A DNA stretch of 64,000 nt from Takakia lepidozioides. Its lineage: Eukaryota > Plantae > Bryophyta. Shown here piece by piece: positions 13,901 to 26,798 of the stretch. The stretch is taken from the NCBI GenBank assembly GCA_030704615.1, contig CM060733.1, positions 20,522,001 through 20,586,000 of the forward strand. Direction: 5' to 3'. The translations under genes were made by a program, and so were the position numbers. The notes under the pieces were generated by a model. The model ran no database searches. It was not told the origin of the DNA and saw only the letters and a program-made list of their open reading frames with translations. Position 1 is the first letter of the stretch. The number at the start of each line of letters is the position of its first letter.

Positions 13901-16137
13901 ATATGGGCCAGCTCTTTGTTGCTTCGTCGTCGAAGCCTTTCAAGTTCATCATTTTGTCTGGGTTTTGAACCCGCGTCCCCCCTTTTTATTGCCATTGAAG
14001 CCGTGTTCACATGACGCTTTGGTGGGGAGACCTGGGGCCATTAGTTTAGCTACCTCTCCTCTTCGACCGTTCCCCGAGAGTGGTGAGATTCGTTCATAGA
14101 CTCTGTTGCCGTCCGTCCCCTCCTCGAGGAGAGGGATGGAGCAAATATACCGGGAAGTGTGAAGTGTGAACCTTGCTTGAAATCATCCCGCTCCTCTGTT
14201 GAGGAATACATCCAACCTAAATCTCTGCTTAGTTGGAATCACTTGGACAAAAACCCTTTAGAAGCACATTCCACAATATGTACAGGTTCCAGATTACATA
14301 CAGACCAGAATGGCTTGTAAAGTTAATTTCGTAACATCAGATCAAGTGTAGCAGGTAGTGATGTTCCTCCAATGACTCTATTGAAGAGCACTTTCTTCCT
14401 GGTATTTTCATAAGAATTATGTGTTCTTGTTTGTATGTATACATGACTGCAGGATGATGGATCCCATTGTCCTGGCTTACGGAAAAGGACAAATGACAGG
14501 ATTTCTCGCAGATCCTAAAGGAGTTTTGGATGTGGTTAGTACCTGGACCTCTCTCAATCAACAGTGAAATCACTGGAACCCATCCAGGCCTTCATTCATT
14601 TTTACACCTTGTATACGAGCCAATAGCTTCTTGCCATTCCTCGCACCACAGCTAGCCAAACATTTCTGTAGCTGGCTTTACTGATGGCATGAGCATAAAC
14701 TTGATTCAGTTTTCGGGCTCATATGTGGTTATATCTTTAATATCTATCTGTTAGGCGAATTCGTATAGCAGTGGTTTTTCATGTGGTGGTTCTCCAGACT
14801 CGTCTCCCGGTTTCTGAACATGTGGGCATTCATTGTTATGAGGGGATACACTTGCGTTTATCCCCTTGCAGTGTAGAATGAACATCTGACTGCTTCACTG
14901 CAGAACGATGTATGTGCCTCATGCATTGATGTTGTTGAACAGGTGCCAGCAGATATGGTTGTGAATGCATTGTTGGCCGCCATGGCAAAACATGCAGAGT
15001 GTCCTGGCTTGTCAGTATACCAAGTGGCTTCATCAGTGGTGAACCCTCTGGACTTCAATACACTGGCAGATGTAGCCCTGGAACACTTCACGAAGGATCC
15101 AATGCTAGATAAACTGGGGAAGCCAATCAAAGTCGATCGAATGCACTTCATCGAAAATATGCAGGCATTCATGGTCTACATGTATCTCAAATATCAGCTG
15201 CCAGTGCAGGTATTTTACATAGCATCTGCAAAAGACACAGATCATCAAAAGTGCACTTTCTCGATCAACCAGGGGATTATAAGTTAGTCATTTATTCAGT
15301 GCACTTAGTGGACTGTTCCTTCATATGGTTGCCTGATGTGTTCATTACATGCACACCTGAATTTGAGCTTCATTTCAGACTGCTGCATTCATTAACATCG
15401 TTAACTGTTGTCAGATTTGGAGATTTTAAAATGCTGGACCTAGTTTAGGAGATTGGTCTAGCAATCTCGCTAAGAGGAAGTGTCGAATGCTCCTTGGCTT
15501 CTAGTTGTGATAGAAAGTCTGCCAAGATATGTATTGGCGATGCTGTGGAAAGGAGCATTCTTTTAGCCTTTTGGCTAAGCAAAAACATGGTTTCGGTGTA
15601 ACCATGCTGTGACTCCTGTGTGCAGTTGTCCAGGTTTGTACCGTGGCTGAGAGGTGGGAGAATGGCGGAGAAACGCAACCAGATTCTGCTAAAAACTCTT
15701 GAACAATTTAAGTATCTGGCTAACATATACAAGCCCTACACTTCATATGGGGGCAGGTCAGTCTACCTCTGTACTGGCCCTTTTGTCCATGATTTCTGTG
15801 GCTAACTTGTGGACTTTTTGACAGAAAGTAGTGTGGCGTTCAAGCAGTAGGGTACTTTTTGTAGGTTCTTTAAACCGAAATAAGCATGGCTTGACTGTAT
15901 TTGGTTGTATAAGGACAACATCTTGCAGTCCATTTGCGTATGATAATGTTGTTCTGGGTTACAAATTGCAGATTTGATGTGGTGAACACAGAGCGACTGG
16001 CCAAGGAGCTATCACTGGAGGAGCTAAACAGATTTGGGTTTAATATCCGGTCGATTGATTGGGCTGACTACCTCTACAATGTCCACATCCCGGGCTTACG
16101 GCAGTATGTGCTCAAGGGCCGTGGATCAAAGAACTAG
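10960..16137 (+). CDS. FAR: Fatty acyl-CoA/ACP reductase, MS2/FAR2-like with long N-terminal transit-peptide-like extension, 10 exons
   Basis: Exons 10960-11893, 12104-12207, 12490-12689, 12878-12978, 13265-13496, 13700-13861, 14453-14534, 14943-15209, 15626-15756 and 15972-16137. Motifs: [18 protein letters not shown] (Rossmann), [40 protein letters not shown] (catalytic YxxxK), [11 protein letters not shown] and [15 protein letters not shown] (sterile domain). Confidence 0.95.
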
Positions 16138-16626
16138 AGGTCTTCACTGAGTTAGGCAAGCATGGCCTTATGAAGATAAGAGACAGAGCTACGGGCAAAT
16201 ATGTAGTCCATGCCAACACTAGGATTTTTGCAGGTTTACTTCCTTTCAGATGTCTAAATGTGTTACATACTAAAGACCCTGTCATTCCAGAATAATACCT
16301 TCAACAATGTGCCAAGCCATGCTACTATTTCGGGCATGTATGGATGTTCCATGTGGACAAGGCTTGCGGACGACAACAGTAAGATGTGGAAGTGCCTCAG
16401 GTCAGAGTCTCCGACCTGATTATACATCCACCTAAGGGGAAGAACCCAACCCTTATGTTCTATTCTTTGCAGGTTTACCGGTGGCCTCAGTCTTCCCAGG
16501 GTGGTTGTTATGAGATCTTTCCAAGGAACTATGCATCAACACTAGCACCCTTGTAAATTTGTAGCTGGGAGTGAGACATGTCACCCGACCTTATAAAATA
16601 AGAAATGACTTGTAATCTACACTTGT

Positions 16627-16773
16627 CAATGAAATGGAGTCAGTGATTTTACACTAGTGAAACTATCATTGTCTGTCCAATGAAATGGAGTCAGTGATTT
16701 TACACTAGTGAAACTATCATTGTCTGTCCAATGAAATGGAGTCAGTGAATTCACACTAGTGAAACTATCACTG
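16627..16773. repeat. 51-bp tandem repeat, ~2.9 copies
   Basis: caatgaaatggagtcagtgattttacactagtgaaactatcattgtctgtc repeated head-to-tail downstream of FAR. Confidence 0.9.
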
Positions 16774-18539
16774 TTGCTCAATCTTACTACATTATCTACA
16801 CCTCTTGAAAGGCTTTTAGAGAAGCCTAGAAGCTGACGTCTGGGCATAATCTGTTGAGAACCTCGTCCCATGAATTTCAGTAGTCTACCCACATATATCC
16901 TACACTGCACATTCATTTCAAGTGTGAAAGTTTACACGGTTTTGAGAAATGCTTTTGGATGTTGAGAAAATGCAGTACAATCTAATCCAAATGTAAAGGC
17001 TCTTTGCAGATGGACAAAACCCCATGGTGATGATTGGGCTCTGCGTAATGCCTCTATCACCACAGTTCACTGGTGTAGTGCTTGACTACTCCGGCTGGGT
17101 CATATAGTAACATTGTTGGCTCTCTTGTAGAGAGAGACTTTGTGGAGACATGCAAGTCAATGGCGAAAATGTGGTCGAAGTACCTTACACCGTGTCAAGG
17201 CGCTGATTGGTGTGTTGTGCTGAGTCATGCTCCCTAGTCTTACCTTCCTCTTATGTTGTGCCAAAGCAAAGCAAGAGAGCCAATTGCCGTTTTGAGTCTT
17301 GTTGAAATTCTTCAAAGGTGCACAACTAGATCTCGTGACAGTACAAGGATACAACATGCAAGTTGAGGTCATGCAAGATGTACACAGTAGAGCAGTAAAT
17401 TGTCTGGACACTACTTGGTTCAATCTTAAATCTTTCAGAATACATGTAGCACAGCAGTTATGACCTGAACATGTGCCCAATCTACCAGGAAATGTGGGGA
17501 TATACGTCCTGCCCTTTGCCTAGAAGGCCAACAGGGATGCCAAGACATAAAACACAAAACCTCGTGGTCCAAACTCGTCAACCTCTTTATCACACTCTTG
17601 GACTTTACAAATATGATTGTCATGTAAGCTGGCACTCTCTCTGCTAATCTACCCAAGGAACACAGAAGGGAGGAAAGTGACGGTCCACATGACAGTTACA
17701 GCAGACGATCTATGAATCTACTTCGCAGATAGTCAGCTTCATCAGAGCTCAATGACTTGACACTGCGTGGGAGCTAGCAAATCCAATTCTGGACCAAGGC
17801 TGATCACTAGTTTACTGTCAAAGAATGCTATACAGGTAGATTGTTCCTGCCCTAATAAGTTACCCACAAAATTAAGACCGAGAGGCAAGCGTGCACCTAC
17901 AAAAGGACAGTTCTGCTGGCCAAAAGTTGGAGATCACCAAAGGGCTCAACACTCAGCTGCTGCATTGACCATTCAAAGCCTGCTACCCTCCAATGTGCTG
18001 CGTCTTCATCAATTAATGGGGTGACTCTTGCGAAGAAACCAATCCGCTCCTTCACCAAATGAGATCCGGCTTCATAAACGTCTGCTTCACCTGGGCTAGA
18101 AAAGAAGTTGCAAGATCTAACAACACTGTGGTGCACCAGGGTTTACCAGAGAGCACATCTAAAATTTAAACCTCCAACACACAGACCACACATTGACAAG
18201 ACCACCCCCGGTACATAGGTTATTTGACAGCCCCAGTGTCCCCGGTCGCCTGCTCCCATATCCCCTCTTTGAGAATGTCATTTGGAGAAATATAATGCTC
18301 TGCTTTCCCAAACACATCTCAAAGGCAATGCATCAACCGCTCCATCAAGAAAGCAAGCACACAAGTAACACCTCATTCCTCCACAAGCCTCCATCTCCTG
18401 CCAGCAATGGTATACCCCTTTCAGCTTTCCCCTTTCTCTGTCACTGTCCCATCTTCATACTTTGCTTGCTCTCACGGCCTCTTATCTCTCTCCGCTTCAC
18501 TGTGTCTCTAATGGTTCGTCTTTCTCTCTTTGCGTTTTG

Positions 18540-18542
<3 letters not shown>

Positions 18543-18574
<32 letters not shown>
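18543..18574. repeat. (CT)n microsatellite
   Basis: Run of ct dinucleotides. Confidence 0.9.
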
Positions 18575-18581
<7 letters not shown>

Positions 18582-18692
18582 CTGCTGCAGTACAACACTA
18601 GCCTCACTAGCCTGAGCAGGTAGCTTACGCTACACAACCCTAGTGCGAAGTAAATATCAGGTCATAGATCTTGCACTAGGATGAGGCAGATG

Positions 18693-19850
18693 CTATCTTT
18701 GAGTGGAAGATAATCTGCCTATAATGGCTCCAATGTTCCCATTCAATGCCTGTAGGCCATTCACAAGTCTGTCCAGCTTGTTGTCCACTCCCTCGAGCAT
18801 CTGCAGCTGCCTCTTCCGGGTCTCGTCCACGGTGTCCCCTGTTTTCTCCATCCGCTCCATGTGCTGCCTCAGGAGCTCCATTGTCAGTTCGGCCCTGATG
18901 TTCAAGGCCTCCTCCCTCTTCTCCGAGGCTTCCAATTGCACGCTTATCACCTGCTGCATCTCTCTCACAATAGCGCAACTTGATGAGTGTCGGTGCCTCG
19001 GCAGCTGCATATCCTCGTTGTCGGGCGAGATTTCTTCCTCGTCGTAGCAAGGGCTGTGGTAAGGCCTCTCCGGTAACATCTCTCCAGCAGAACCTGACGA
19101 TAACTCTATCTCTGGCATGGGAGCGGTGCTTTTACTAGCAACTTCTATCCACACATCATAGAACTTGGGCTTGACTAACTCCCGCACAGCTTTTCCAGAA
19201 TATAGATCTGGCTCCAACTGCACACGTTTTTCCAACCTACTCTTGTATTTTGTACATTCTCTTCGGACCTTCCAATACTTGCTTTCACACTGATTCTTAG
19301 TAAACTCTCTAGCAAATCTTCCTTGCATCGTCTTAATGATAGGATCCCATTTCTTCTGATTCTTGACCTTTCCACGACTCTCAATCCAGAGCCTGCGGTG
19401 GACATCATCATAAGTCTCAAAGAGATATTTGACCATCTCTTCCGTCCAAGGAACCGCAGTCTCAAATTCACGCTGCTTTCGCTTCCTCCCTGTTTTCCTC
19501 TCCCCCTCCCCGGAATCAGATGCAGTTTCCTCCCCCTTCCCTCCCTTACTCCTTCCCCTCCCCTGCCCCTTACAACTATCCACGAGACTGAGGTGTTCCT
19601 TCCACACCTCGCCATCGTGCCAACTCAGGCCATTTTCCAACGTATGCTCGCTCGCACCACTCTCGTCACCAAACGTTTCCTGTGATCCGACATCCCTACC
19701 TCCACGTAGTATCTTCTTCCCCCTCTTCTTCTTCCCCGACTTGAGCTCCGCCTCCCCAAATCCCACCGCCCCGGGACTCAGCACTGACCAGCTTCCAATC
19801 CCTCCACACGTAATCCCCGGCAAATAGAGCCCGTGCTGCTGGTTATGCAT
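18693..19850 (-). CDS. Trihelix/Myb-SANT-like DNA-binding protein with C-terminal coiled coil
   Basis: Long uninterrupted ORF with first ATG at 19850. WTEEMVKYLFETY...KKWDPIIKTM...FTKNQCESKYWKVRRECTKYK fits the Myb_DNA-bind_4/trihelix pattern. Basic NLS-like stretches and heptad-rich C-terminus. Confidence 0.8.
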   Translation of the reverse strand: MHNQQHGLYLPGITCGGIGSWSVLSPGAVGFGEAELKSGKKKRGKKILRGGRDVGSQETFGDESGASEHTLENGLSWHDGEVWKEHLSLVDSCKGQGRGRSKGGKGEETASDSGEGERKTGRKRKQREFETAVPWTEEMVKYLFETYDDVHRRLWIESRGKVKNQKKWDPIIKTMQGRFAREFTKNQCESKYWKVRRECTKYKSRLEKRVQLEPDLYSGKAVRELVKPKFYDVWIEVASKSTAPMPEIELSSGSAGEMLPERPYHSPCYDEEEISPDNEDMQLPRHRHSSSCAIVREMQQVISVQLEASEKREEALNIRAELTMELLRQHMERMEKTGDTVDETRKRQLQMLEGVDNKLDRLVNGLQALNGNIGAIIGRLSSTQR

Positions 19851-22800
19851 GGGATAATAATCTGAAGCCACAGCGCCATAGCTATACCCGCTTCCAACTG
19901 GCGATCCCGTACTTCCCCCTCCCAAACCCTGCCACTTCCCCCTCCACAAACCACAACAAACCCCCTCCCTCGATCCCTACTCACAACCCTCGCCCCTCTC
20001 TATCCTTGCGCACTCGCCGTCCTGCCTGCCTTGGGCTCCGGAGCACTCCTTCACCGCCAGCCCGCTCTCCCTCTCACTGCCGGCTTCTCTCTTCCAGCGA
20101 CGCACCTCCCGCCGGGGCCACGCCCTCCTCCACACGACCCCCAAATCAGGCGCTTCCTACGTGCCAGCGCCTGCCGCAGCCCCGTCCCTTCGTCGGAATA
20201 TCGCCCGGACGCCCTACGTCGCCGTCGCGAATCTCTCTTGCACTTGGGAAACCCGCCCCCACTGGCTAAACTCATTCACCTCCCCTCGCCGCCGTCTTCT
20301 CTTTTCCCTGCTTGCTACTACTAATCAATCAACTAATTCGGCGGCTGCCCCCAGTAAAGTTCCTTGGGAGTGCCTTCGCAGCGCTGCATTGTGCTCTCCA
20401 CCCGCGCTCCTTTCGTCGCTCCTACCCCTCACAATCCCTCGCGCTCCATTCCGGCCTGCATACCCCCGCTGCGCGGGGGCCAATCGCAGGCAGGAATCCG
20501 GCGAGGGGGCTGCGGGCCCACGAGGCAGCCTCGAGGGCCGCCTCGAGGCGCCTCGGGGAGCGGAAAGCCGCTTCCCAGCGGCTTGGCGAGGTGCTTTCGA
20601 GACGCCCGAAAAGGCGCTTGGCGAGGCGCTTTCGAAGGGCCACGCCGCCCGTGATTGGGGCGGGCTGGGCCGGGTTGGCCGACGTGGCGTGGCCCACTTG
20701 TCACATTCTCGTGGCCCCACCGTCGATTACATTTAGTGGGGATTATTGCGCGGAATCATCCACGCTCGTGGATGAATCCGCCCCTCCCTGTCCCGTGTGG
20801 ATGAACAGCTGCTCTCCGTGCACGAAGCACATTCATCGACCAAAATGTCCCAGGTTAGTTTTGGAGTCAGCGTTGAATGAGCGCACATTTATGAGAGGGA
20901 CGGTTTACAACACATATTTGGAGCAACACATTAAACGTCGCTCCAATCGCTCTGGCAGTCATGTGCGAGTGAGTAGTTTGTGTGGGGCCGTGACGCCCCT
21001 AGGTATATGTATAGATGCCCGACTAAGGGGGCCGCAAATGAATATATGGGGCGGGGTGGGGACTGCATTGCGAGATAGAGTCCAAGGGGAGGGAATAAGG
21101 GATGTAGGGTCATCCTCCTCTTGGACGCTGTCGGCCGAGGAGCGCGCTTTGCATCCACATCTGGCTGCTTTACATCCACGTTCTGTCACATCTCATGAGC
21201 AGGGGTCCAGCGCTCGTAAGCAATGGGGCTGCGCCACGTCATGCACAGAGCTTGTTTGCTTTTGCTTTTTGCAGAAACAGGGAGGGGGGCGGCGGGCCCC
21301 GCCCCGGGTGGGGCCGGGTCGGGCCGGACAGTGAGCGGCAGCTGGTGGGCGTAATAGCACAAGTAGAATATTGGGTGAGGCATGGGCGATATCAAGGTGG
21401 GTGGCGGGATGCACATAGTTCATCCACAGTCATTCATCGAGAAAGCAGGCAGTTAATTATTTCTAAACCTATTTCAAGAGGAGGGGGAAAAGAGAGGAAA
21501 TAAAAGAAATAAAAACCCTTTCATTTGTGAGGCGTACAGGACGCCACGAAGCCAGATAATACAAGCTTAATCACCGGGTCAGTGCAATATTTTTATGTTT
21601 ATTTTTCTAAAATCAGAGGGTACATTGACAGTGCCGATTGAATAGTGCACTTTGTGTCACCCTTAGTGTGCTGCCTTGTGTTGTGTGGTATGGTTTTGGT
21701 GGCCGGACAATGAGGGGATGGTGCCACCCAGACTAAGAAAACGACGGCATTTTGGTTTTGGAGTCCTGCTCTTGTTTCGATAAGGAGGATGAGGAGGTGG
21801 GCCCCTTCTAGAAGGCTCCACCACCAGCTTGAGACACTATATAAGTTTAAAGACGAGGTAAGGGCTACATTTTAGGGTACGATTTCTTCCAATACAAGTG
21901 TTGTACTGTACTGGTATCATAATTTTTTAATACTGGGTAATGGTATTGGGTAAGAACTCAATCATAGTGAGATCAGTAGGGTACTGGTATCAGGTTAAAC
22001 TCAAAATCCTACCTCCACCACATTGAGATCAGGGATATCCTCATTTTCAATGTGCAGATTTGCAAGACATCTACACATAGTTTCCTCTACACTAAGGTCA
22101 AGGTAGATATCAGGGATATCAATGATATCTTGAGTGACTTGAACATTCCCCGTCCATCAAATCATCATTCACTACAAACAAATTGGTTACAAAATTTGCT
22201 CCGGTAGCTTCTCCCTAGAAAGTGTGCTGGAGCCTGGAAGGGCCCATGGGCATTGGGTGTCTATTTTGTAATTTTATTCTTAAGAAAATAAATGTTTTCT
22301 CTTCTCATGTGCCTAATTCTAAAAACTTATAGCATGAAGATGCCTAATTTGAGAAAATGTTTTCAAAACATGCCTAATTTTCTGATTGATTGATTTTATT
22401 ATTAGGTGCAAACGGACGGTAGCAGGGAGCCAGAACCTACGTCGTTAACGCGGCTCGGTAGGTCTTGGCTCCGTGCTATATCCGGTAGCAAGGGCTCCTC
22501 TAGAGCACTACCAGACATAACCGGTTTTTAGGGCAGCGAGCCAGTTAGTTTACCCTTGTACGTACCTACCACCACCGGATATAGCAGGAGCCAGCCGCGT
22601 AGGTAGTTAAAATCTAGTAGGTCGTAGAATACCACATACAGCACCCCTCCTCAAATCCAATAGAAACACGCCACGTTGGCGAGTCTGCTCTAAAACCGGT
22701 TATGATTTAGGGGCTGAATTCAGAAAGGCGTGGGCTAAATGTTCTGTAGACATCCAACGAAGGGCAAGGGAAGCTGATTCAATCCACATAAACTTTCAGG

Positions 22801-23056
22801 ACAGTTGGGGCAAACTTGGTCTCATCTGCCACATTGACTCCCGGATCAATGTGTTTCCCTCCCTGCAATCTAGCGAGATCACCGTGTCCCCTCCATGATG
22901 TCCCCTGAGTTCGATCGGGACTTTAATTGGAAGCATCTCAGGCCCTCCTCGATTTCTTCATGTTTACACTTTAGATAGAGTTCTCTATGGGCAGATGAAG
23001 TTTCGCTCGGTTTCATTGGGACTATCCTGTTTTGGGAAGTCAATGCAGTTCATTAA

Positions 23057-24077
23057 CCCCTACATGACGAGCCGACCCGAATCGGGTCGGCCCGATTTTT
23101 CATCCATTCGTAGCATGCACGGATGAAGTCCGATGAATGAGCGATGTAGCGCGGAACGAGCTGCACATGCAGGTCTTTATGGCGCCCCCAACAGAGAAAA
23201 ACTCCGCCGTCAGGAATTTTTTGAAGTTTGGAAATTGTAGGATTTTGGGTGGGTGGAGGGGGGGGGCACGGCAGTTGACCGTCGACGTGGCAGGTGGCAG
23301 CGGCCACGAGGGTGGGATTTTGCGGCGGGGGCAATGCAGGTGTTGGAGTGGGGGGCTTGTGAGGCCCTCCCCAAAATCCGACGAACAAGGGAACAGCTCG
23401 AATGAGCTGGCCCTGGCAAATAATGGGGAACCTGGACGTGGCCCGGAAAACGTCGCCGGATTCAGGCGACATTCCGGCCACCGATTGCCTGACCTGAAGG
23501 AGGCCGGAAATTTCACAAAATCCCACATCCCAAATGCAATTTAGGGAATTTTTGGGAAATTCTTGGGCAGGCTTGTGTAGTTCTTGGCCTATGAGGGACT
23601 GACCGTTGGAATTCCCAAATGAAGGAGAATTTGGGGTCCCAATGGGGCCTATACCATTTCCTTTGCAAATTCTCTTTTTGGACCCCCATTCCAATCACAT
23701 ACAAAGCACCCCCGCTTTCATTTTGGCAGATTGGGTTGAAATTTGGTGTGAGGGGTTGGGATTGTGCACTTCACAGGAATATAGCACTTTTTCTCCCAGG
23801 AAAATTTGGGATCATGGATAATTTGCTTGGTCAAACATGAACTTTTGCTTTGTTTTTTCCATTTTCAAAACAATGCACCGTCTTAAAATGTTATAATCTC
23901 CCAAATTACACGGTGGAATCTCCCCAAATTTGGGGGGCTTGTGCATCAGGTAGGTAGGAAGCAGTTTGTACGGTTCATCCAATTGGATGAACGTTGGTGG
24001 GCAGGTAGCCACTGACGTGTGAGGGTGGGTCCCGGAATTGTCCAAAAAACCCAAAAACACCTCTCGTCCTTTAGGGG
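23057..24077. mobile_element. Non-autonomous piggyBac-like element (~1.0 kb)
   Basis: TTAA at 23053-23056 and 24078-24081 flank 15-bp TIRs cccctacatgacgag / ctcgtcctttagggg (13/15 match) with CCC...GGG termini. No transposase ORF recognised. Confidence 0.7.
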
Positions 24078-24439
24078 TTAATTAGGCTCTAGGCCAGTTG
24101 GCCCTCTTTTACTTGGTTTCAATTATGTAGCTCGGTTCCAAGTTACCAATGAGTTTGCATGGTAGGCAGGTTTTTCTAGCCTAGATTCGTCTGCAGTTCT
24201 CACCACTAGTGAGAGAAAGGTTCATTTATCACTGACAACGGTGTGTGTGCCTTATGGCTTAATAGGGGTTTTAAATTTTTTACCCGAATAATCCCAAATA
24301 ATTGTAAAGGCTTTTGCCCAAAGCTTTTTCATAATAAAGTTAATCAGGGCTACAATCCCCCTGTTAATTTTTTATTTTTATTTTTAATATCAATTGGTAT
24401 ATATAATGGTATTAGATTATAGGTTTGACTGGTATGTTA

Positions 24440-24443
<4 letters not shown>

Positions 24444-24493
<50 letters not shown>
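24444..24493. repeat. (TA)n microsatellite
   Basis: Run of ta dinucleotides. Confidence 0.9.
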
Positions 24494-24498
<5 letters not shown>

Positions 24499-24530
24499 CT
24501 CGGAGCGACTGCTCACATTTTCAATTAATT

Positions 24531-25027
24531 GGGTCTTTAAGTCTCACGTGTGTGCGCCACGGACGCACGAACATCGGGTCGCCCGGTGGGTCTGCTGGCG
24601 TCCAATGGTGGGTCCGCTCGCGTCCAATGTAGGGTGTGCTGGCGTCCAATGGCGGGTTCGCTCGTGTCCAATGTAGGGTCTGCTCGCTGCAGACCGCCCC
24701 GCCCTCGAAACTCGCCCCTAAAAATCTCACCATTAATGCACATGCAACACCATCTATGATTGAACCCGTAACCTCATGGACATCATTCCAAGCGCCCAAC
24801 CACCACACTATCCACTGTTTGCTTCTACACCAACATTTTTTTATCCCTTATACTAGAAAGGGGAGCCATCAGCCCCAATGTGGCCTAGAAGGAGGGTGGA
24901 CCCTACCCGAGTAGACCCTCGCAAGGTCAGGGCTAGCACCTACCTGCACAACTAGCGGGTCTCGGGACGGGACCCGAGGTGACCCCGCATGCATGCTGCC
25001 TAGCACACACGTGAGACTGAAAGACCC
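24531..25027. mobile_element. MITE with 25-bp TIRs and AATT flanks (Sola-like)
   Basis: gggtctttaagtctcacgtgtgtgc at 24531 vs gcacacacgtgagactgaaagaccc ending 25027 (1 mismatch), with AATT on both sides. Internal ~20-bp tandem units (gggtctgctggcgtccaatg-like) at ~24586-24690. Confidence 0.75.
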
Positions 25028-26018
25028 AATTATTCAAGGCGCACATTAGAAAAGGCCCTGGAGTTTAATGCCGCCCCTTCGGTCCTGCCTGTGTGACACC
25101 CCCCGCCACCCCAACCGCACCCGCTTTGCCGGCTCCAGCGCGGCTCGCGGTCGCTGCGCCCCCTCGCCCCCCGCGCCACCCCCTCCCGGCCCCCGCGCCC
25201 CCCATCCCCCTGCCCGCCCGTCCTCCCCGCCCCCGCCCTCGCCCCCGCCCTCGCCCCCCGTCCGCCAGCCGTTATCACACCACATGAACTTTGTGGCACA
25301 TGACATCTGTCACCACAACCCAACATCGCGCACAGGACACATCGTGCACGGGACACATCGTGAGTCGAAAACATGGATCCATACATGGCAGATGACACAT
25401 ATAGGATGGTCATGAAAGTAACATGATGACCATAGGAGTGAAGCCAACATATGCATGTATACACAAGGTTGTACATGTTCAAATTTGAAATTTAGTATTA
25501 TTTTATGGAGACGACTGTTCATAACGATCTTGTGGGTCTACTTCTAGGATTTAGGATGGATGTATCTAGGTACAGATGGATGAGACTAGGAAGTATGTGT
25601 AATGAGAGGCAACCTCCAATCATCATCTTCCTTTCATGGTCCTCTCAAACTGTTCTGACCACGAAAGCAGAACGTGCAGCCAAGATCAGCCGTGCCTTAG
25701 GTCCCTGAATTGCGCCACGATATGTTATCTGTTGCCGAGAATAAAGAAAATATTGCATCCCATCTTGTTTTGCTGCTTCGAAACCAAGTTCAAATGCCCA
25801 CTGTAGGTGCTTTTAACCATCATGTACTGCAGTGACGTTTCCAATGGCATGGCAAGCCTCATGGCCAAAACTTAGCCGAAGTCGCCTACATTCCCTAGAA
25901 TCGAGTTGCTGAGTTTATCATAGGGGAGTTTTCCCGTTTCAGATGGCCCATGCACTTTCAGCAGGCATCAACAAAGATGCCATCCGGAGGGGTCTCTCTT
26001 AGCTCCTTGCAGCAACAG

Positions 26019-26743
26019 TGTCGCGGCCCTTTGCCTTGAGGGCAGGGGGTCGGGTTGCAGAGGGGCTGCCCCTATGGTGGGGGCGGTGGCAGCAATAGGT
26101 ACGGGGGGCTGAAGCAACCTCAAGTGCCCAAGGCACTTGAGGAGGCGGAGGCACTCACCAGGAGGAGCCCCGCACACCGGGTTGCGGTGGGGGTGGCTCC
26201 ACAAGGGGTGGTGGTAGCTTAGTGGGACTTAGTGGGGGTGGCATAGGACTCACCATGGGGGCGGAGACCTTGTGGTGGGAGTCGTGGGGAGTCTTGGGAC
26301 TCATCACGGTCCAAGGGGACCGTGGTGGGTGGGCCAAGACTCACCGCGACTCATCACCGGGAATCGAGGGTTTTCGTGGTGGTTCGCCATAAAATGATGG
26401 TGTTGTTTGTGAAACCCCCGCGGACAGTCACAGAAGTATATATAGGGAGTAGTAACCCCGAGAACGGTGCAAGCCCGTTGGTGTCCAAAAACTAGTGAGT
26501 AAGCGTGCGAGCCGGAAAGCGACCAAGGTGTGGGGAGCTATTCCGGACTGTCATCGACCAAAGGGAATTTCCACTAGGCCCAAATTGGGAGAGGGTCTAG
26601 TGGAGGAGTAAAGGGGGACCGTTATGCCCCGGTGAGCAGCCGAAGCTCCGAGTTGGCCTGGTGGCCAGTTTGGGAGTTAGGCGCGCGCATCAAGTGAGTA
26701 ACTATGACTTGAAGGGGAGCTTACCGAAGTGAGGTGCGCGACA
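26019..26743 (+). repeat. 5' LTR
   Basis: Direct repeat of 32216-32940 with TG...CA ends and a TATA-like tatatata at ~26436. Confidence 0.95.
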
Positions 26744-26745
26744 CT

Positions 26746-26757
26746 TGGTATCAGAGC
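26746..26757 (+). promoter_or_regulatory. Primer binding site complementary to initiator tRNA-Met 3' end
   Basis: tggtatcagagc 2 nt after the 5' LTR. Confidence 0.92.
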
Positions 26758-26798
26758 TTAGAGTTCAGTTTGCGATCATCCTTGGGATCGGCCTCATC

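Noticed and set aside
16627-16773. Repeat array as CRISPR
   Set aside because: Head-to-tail units without unique spacers, in a eukaryotic context.
18693-19850. Myb/SANT gene as ORF of a PIF/Harbinger transposon
   Set aside because: No adjacent Harbinger transposase, TIRs or TSD seen, so treated as a host gene.
20006-21503. Overlapping ORFs up to 340 aa on both strands
   Set aside because: GC-rich promoter-like DNA gives spurious open frames, with no domain motifs and low-complexity Arg/Pro/Gly content.
22170-22600. CACTACAA start and short inverted repeats (gctccgtgctatatccggt / accggatatagcaggagc)
   Set aside because: No matching opposite terminus with a TSD was found. Probably a TE remnant but unclassifiable.
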